A DNA stretch of 64,000 nt. It comes from Oikopleura dioica. Its lineage: Eukaryota; Animalia; Chordata. The stretch is from the NCBI GenBank assembly GCA_907165135.1, contig OU015568.1:496001-560000 (forward strand), given 5' to 3'. Made by a program: the position numbers and the translations under genes. Shown one piece after another: positions 60,801 to 64,000 of this stretch (position 1 is its first letter; every line of letters starts with the position of its first letter). Below the pieces are notes generated by a model that made no database searches, was not told the DNA's origin, and was given only the letters and a program-made list of their open reading frames with translations.

Positions 60801-62364
60801 TTTGCCGATGCTCAAGGATGGCATTTCTTACGATGGCTTTGCAGCAAAACAACTTCAAGTAAGAAACTAGTGTTTTTACATCCTGACACAAACGTAGCTC
60901 AACGACACTGGCTGAAGGAGGGGAAGAATAGGTGGGAAGAAGACCTCACACAGCAGCAACAGCCCTTCAAATTTTTCGACTAAGAACTTTTTATCTCTTA
61001 CTGTAGCTCAAAGTTAAACTTTACTGTAGCTCAACGAAAAACTTCACTGTAGCTCAACGTCTAATTTTACTGTAGCTCAACGTTAAACCTTACTGTAGCT
61101 CAACGTAAATCTTCTCTGTAGCTAAACGTTAAACCTTACTGTAGCTTAACGTAAATCTTTACTGAGGCTCATCGTTAAACTTTGCTGTAGCTGTAACCTG
61201 AACTCAATTTTATTTTGCCAGCAAGGGGGGAAAAGTGTTATGGTCCATAACTTATGATTACAAAAACGAAAGTCGAGTCTCGAGCCAAGCTCACAGAATC
61301 CGAAGCTGAGGGGCGAGCGCGAGCACCAACTGCGAAGCGCGAGCTCATCACTCAACTCGGAACTGCACCTCAGAAATATAGTCGAACTCGAAGTGAGACT
61401 TGTGAGCGAGCGCTCCTATAAAAGTGCCTGACCATGCCCATTTTCCTCATTCTGGCCTGGCCCCAGAATCACAAATAAACACCGAATTATCGTCAATCCA
61501 AAAGTAGTATGCTTACTTAGCAGGAACTTAGCTTAGTACATAGAAGTCATAAATGAGGAAGCATATTACAACACTGTATCATATGACCCCCAAATTAAGC
61601 TTGAAAAATGGGCCGAAATTTAGTCCGGTAAGCCTAGTTATGAGACAATTGGTAAGAATCGAACAATATAAAAAGATATAAAAATCGCTCTATTCTTAGG
61701 TGACGGAGGGATTTATCCACCACATAAACCGCTGGGCCGTAGCTTCGTTTCTCACAAACGGACAATTATGGCTAAACTGGGAGCATGGGCAACAAAGTAA
61801 GTAAAGAAAAGATAATTGGAAAAGTTATACAAGTAATTGCAAGCTTCACTGAGGCATGAAATCGGTTTATGAGACTCTTTGTATGTAGTGTTTGAAGAGC
61901 ATCAAATTGATGGAGATTATGCTATGAATGCTGGCTGCTGGATGTGGGTAAGTAGCAACAAAGCAGGTGCCGTATTCACTCTCATTAGTGCACTGGGAGC
62001 GCATTCAAGGAGAAAATCAGTGAGAGTACACTTGATCCGGTGAAATTTGCCAGACGATGGGACCCCGAAGGCCATTTCACGAGAAAATACTGTAAGTAAA
62101 AAAATATTGAAAAACCATAACGATTTTTGAGGCCCTGAATTGAAAAACATGCCTTTGAAATATCTTTTCTGTCCCTGGGAAGCTCCAGAAAATACTCAAC
62201 GACACGCTCGGGTATGATTTTTACGCTCTCCTTTTTCTTCATTACTGTAGGTTCAAGTTGGGATTGACTACCCTGCGCCAATCGTTGATTACAAAAAGAC
62301 ACGAAGTCAGAATCTCGAGCAGATCCGCAAAATCAATCTTTCCGAATCCATTTCTGCTCAATAA
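51801..62364 (+). CDS. CRY: Animal cryptochrome/(6-4) photolyase family protein, interrupted by an 8-kb nested insertion
   Basis: TVHWFRK|[10 protein letters not shown]; [11 protein letters not shown]; GHTLYD; KGGERQAL; [11 protein letters not shown]; YREFF; [18 protein letters not shown]; FIHHINRW; LWLNWEHG; [13 protein letters not shown]; DPEG; PWEAP; [10 protein letters not shown]. Confidence 0.93.
51918..51976 (+). repeat. Degenerate TTAGGG/TAAGGG telomere-like tract in CRY intron 1
   Basis: TTAGGGTAAGGG...GGGGTTAGGGTTAAGGTAAGGG; similar to MITE interiors at 40.0 and 46.5 kb. Confidence 0.6.
54073..54410 (+). repeat. 5' LTR
   Basis: TGTTATGG...TTACAACA with internal TATAAAA and AATAAA. 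Confidence 0.95.
54412..54424 (+). other. Primer-binding site, tRNA-Leu type
   Basis: TGGTGTCAGAAGT one base after the 5' LTR, complementary to the 3' end of tRNA-Leu (ACTTCTGACACCA). Confidence 0.8.
54715..55200 (+). CDS. ORF1, gag-like with a degenerate zinc knuckle
   Basis: C-terminal [14 protein letters not shown], i.e. CX2CX4HX4 with the last C replaced by F. Confidence 0.55.
   Translation: MSVEQGSNVTTRIKQMYLELIPDALAGKRYPIGHQSESDGIIGSIVVMIQRTANSSALPNYSPRTALRNLERILETSPAPTTLDELLEWHFIIAIEFRRIRTNYISLYAAQKQTARFFFRKINNERTWSLLLNSNLDNCELCRTTDHRIRQFASEYEAQRE
55529..56272 (+). CDS. gag: Retrotransposon Gag capsid-like ORF (degenerate continuation to about 56.9 kb)
   Basis: [14 protein letters not shown] resembles the major homology region; helical capsid-like composition; position after the PBS. 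Confidence 0.75.
   Translation: MDSLFRLRNPKMSSRNNEFKSTKTNPDAPLTDPEPETSGKNTRGTQTNTFLSDSEQGHKRTELPKRDPDKVIISSPEKYGLRNWTEPNLTFWEHFNRNKSAFKYARESGLSDKQMMNLLIMTLRPRDRYIDEIIEDSERKDFESFVDSVGALLGPSRSATATDVLRMTRGQNETLMRFFLRLCSKYKTTTGKDPRATEAVCILQVMTMKNCNQQEYAEMTRLLGIDDDDITFSQLKTAVRKTFTWTK
60335..60862 (+). CDS. Intronless tandem double-RING protein carried by the LTR element
   Basis: CVIC...CGHFLHINC...CPAC and CPNC...CLHSFHPEC...CILC. Confidence 0.85.
   Translation: MSNRNDFSSGRIERAGRTSSVNRKAEETPINWLVTTTFMFVFVEGCRIVTPNPDEVCVICSMRDGESSMKMGIKAKCGHFLHINCFLERCQKYDHCPACWDSMGLRLFTTHMENHTNGRLCPNCRKGNPTVTLRCLHSFHPECAVQFARLTRKCILCRCSRMAFLTMALQQNNFK
60998..61195 (+). repeat. About 8.5 copies of a 23-bp tandem repeat (TTACTGTAGCTCAACGTTAAACY)
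   Basis: Head-to-tail copies without spacers, just upstream of the PPT. Confidence 0.9.
61223..61235 (+). other. Polypurine tract
   Basis: AAGGGGGGAAAAG abutting the 3' LTR. Confidence 0.9.
61236..61573 (+). repeat. 3' LTR
   Basis: Identical by eye to 54073-54410. Confidence 0.95.
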
Positions 62365-62441
62365 AAAATCCAAAAGAGATAAATATTTATACAGTGTTTA
62401 TTTGAAACAACAAAAACGTCAAGAGCAATGATAGGAAGCGT

Positions 62442-64000
62442 TCATGTACAAACAGCGCCGTTTTTATCACAAGTGCACGAGTTTGTTCCCATGCATTCTT
62501 GCGGCCAGAAGTTTCTGGTGCCCCAGACGTTCCAGCATTGGACAATACAGTGGCCGGTGCAGCGAGGTAGTTTTGTGCCCATCAGATAGGAGCATCCGCA
62601 TTCTGATTCGGCGGTGAGACCCATGCAAGCGCCAGATTCTCCGCAATCTTATTTATTAAATTATTACTGATTTGTAATATAATTATCACATTAATAGTTA
62701 GAGGTCAAGGTGAGCTTATCGAAATACAAGTCTTAGAGGCTATTTATTTTGGATCGTTTAATCTATGGTTAAAAAAATTGTTTTTGTTTATTAAAATCAA
62801 GCCATTATGGTACGCTTGTAACAGAAAGATCTCGAAACTCACCTGATTTTCCAGTTATTCCATCGAAAGTGCTACACAATTTCTCATCCTTCGTCTTCCA
62901 ATTCTCCAATTCCAGTCCAATAATATTCCCCTGCGGCGTGTAATGACAAACAGTATAAGTCGAAATCATTCCATCACCAGAATACCCCGCTTTGTTTGGA
63001 ACAAAAACATCCGCCTTAGCGCAACCAACAGCTTCCGTAGATGTCCACATCATTTGTGTCAAATGTCCAACTGGTTGATTTTTTCTTCTGGAGACCATCG
63101 GGTTGTTTTCGTTAAAATAAAAGTACTCGGCGTACCATCTGTAGACGCTTTCATCGCACGGGCTTCCCTGAGCGCTGAAATCCCAGGCAATGTTTTCGCC
63201 GATTCCCTTTCCTCGAAACTCTCCATCTTGATCTGAGTGAGGCCAGTGATCAGTTGCTTTGAATCCGTCTGCGAGCTCGAGAGGATGAGTTGGCGCGGCT
63301 TTGGTAAGATAGTTGGCCCACTTTTGAGCGGATTCTTGAAGACTTGGATCCCATAAAAGAGGCGCCTTGAATCAATTTATAAATGGCCCAAGCAACATCT
63401 CCCAAACCTGATTATGGAGAGCTCGGAAGAAATTATGATAATCCACGCAACTCTGCTCAAATGGACGAAGACTAAAAGGCGTTCTGAAAGAAGGAACAAG
63501 CTTACCGTCACTTTTCTCTCCATTCACCGGGCATTTCTGCTTCCGACATTCTTCCTTGTCAAATTTCGAGCCTTGGCAACCCTTGTGTCCAGCAATACCC
63601 CCGTCGCAAAATCGCTGTCGAGAGCGAATTCCTCCTCCGCAAGTCGCGCTGCAGCTTGTCCACTCGCCCCACGCTGTCCATTCATCACAATATCTGTCTT
63701 GGCAAGTCTTGACTTCTCTAGCCCCAACGCCCTTAGCACAAGCGCCAACTTTGCAAACTTTCGTCCTCCAAGTCAATCCGACATCGCAGGTCTTCGAGCA
63801 AGGATTCCAAGGTCCCCACGGACCCCAAGCCCATCCTACCTCCATTTTATCAAAGTAATCATCACTTACGTGGACCTGTGCGTTTCTTGCGAATGTTGGA
63901 CAAGGGTCGCTTTGACAAGTTTGTTTCATAACGCAGCCATGAGAATAGGGACAAGGGGTTTGACGACGCTCGCGGAGGCCGGTACCGCAACTAACTTTTT
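62442..64000 (-). CDS. Secreted thrombospondin type-1 repeat plus CAP/SCP domain protein (5' end outside the window)
   Basis: WGPWGPWNPCSKTC and WGEWTSCSATCGGGIRSRQR TSP1 repeats; GENIAW, WYAE and GHLTQMMW...VGCA CAP motifs; Cys-rich tail. Confidence 0.9.

Larger units (their letters stand above)
54073..61573 (+). mobile_element. Young non-autonomous LTR retroelement (7501 bp), gypsy-like, pol absent
   Basis: 338-bp TG...CA LTRs identical by eye, 4-bp TSD CTGT (54069-72, 61574-77), PBS, PPT and gag-like ORFs. Confidence 0.95.
53599..61636. mobile_element. hAT-like foldback MITE (533 bp net) inserted in a CRY exon
   Basis: TIR TAGGCTTACCGGACTAAATTTCGGCCCATTTTT, with near-palindromic arms of about 215 bp. 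8-bp TSD GTTATGAG at 53591-98 and 61637-44. Confidence 0.93.

Noticed and set aside
60998-61195. CRISPR array
   Set aside because: Repeats are head-to-tail with no unique spacers, there are no cas genes, and the context is eukaryotic LTR DNA.

Overview
AT-rich eukaryotic (animal) genomic DNA with very short introns (about 30-60 nt), several GA-AG non-canonical introns and operon-like gene spacing. By inference this is a larvacean tunicate such as Oikopleura; this is not proven. (1) About 0.4-39.4 kb is an unusual, mostly minus-strand, intron-containing gene block. It encodes both eukaryotic primase subunits (PRIM1, PRIM2), four full-length divergent PCNA paralogues plus possible 9-1-1-like clamps, four RING proteins, a catalytically dead E2, a chromodomain protein and a large Mutator (MULE) DDE transposase with an intact triad. 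A purine/pyrimidine skew flips at about 16-18 kb independently of coding strand. The block looks like a giant mobile or virus-like element carrying replication genes. No polymerase, helicase, capsid or termini could be recognised by eye. (2) About 39.9-46.8 kb is a nest of DNA transposons (MITE > long-TIR element > dead piggyBac) plus another MITE. (3) About 47-64 kb holds host genes: an SLC45-like transporter, a mucin-like membrane protein, a cryptochrome and a TSP1+CAP protein. A cryptochrome exon is interrupted by a hAT-like foldback MITE, which itself contains a very young 7.5-kb pol-less LTR element carrying a double-RING gene. Three MITEs lie inside coding exons and each has an in-frame splice solution (introner-like). 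All family assignments come from motif recognition by eye, and exon boundaries are hand-derived.
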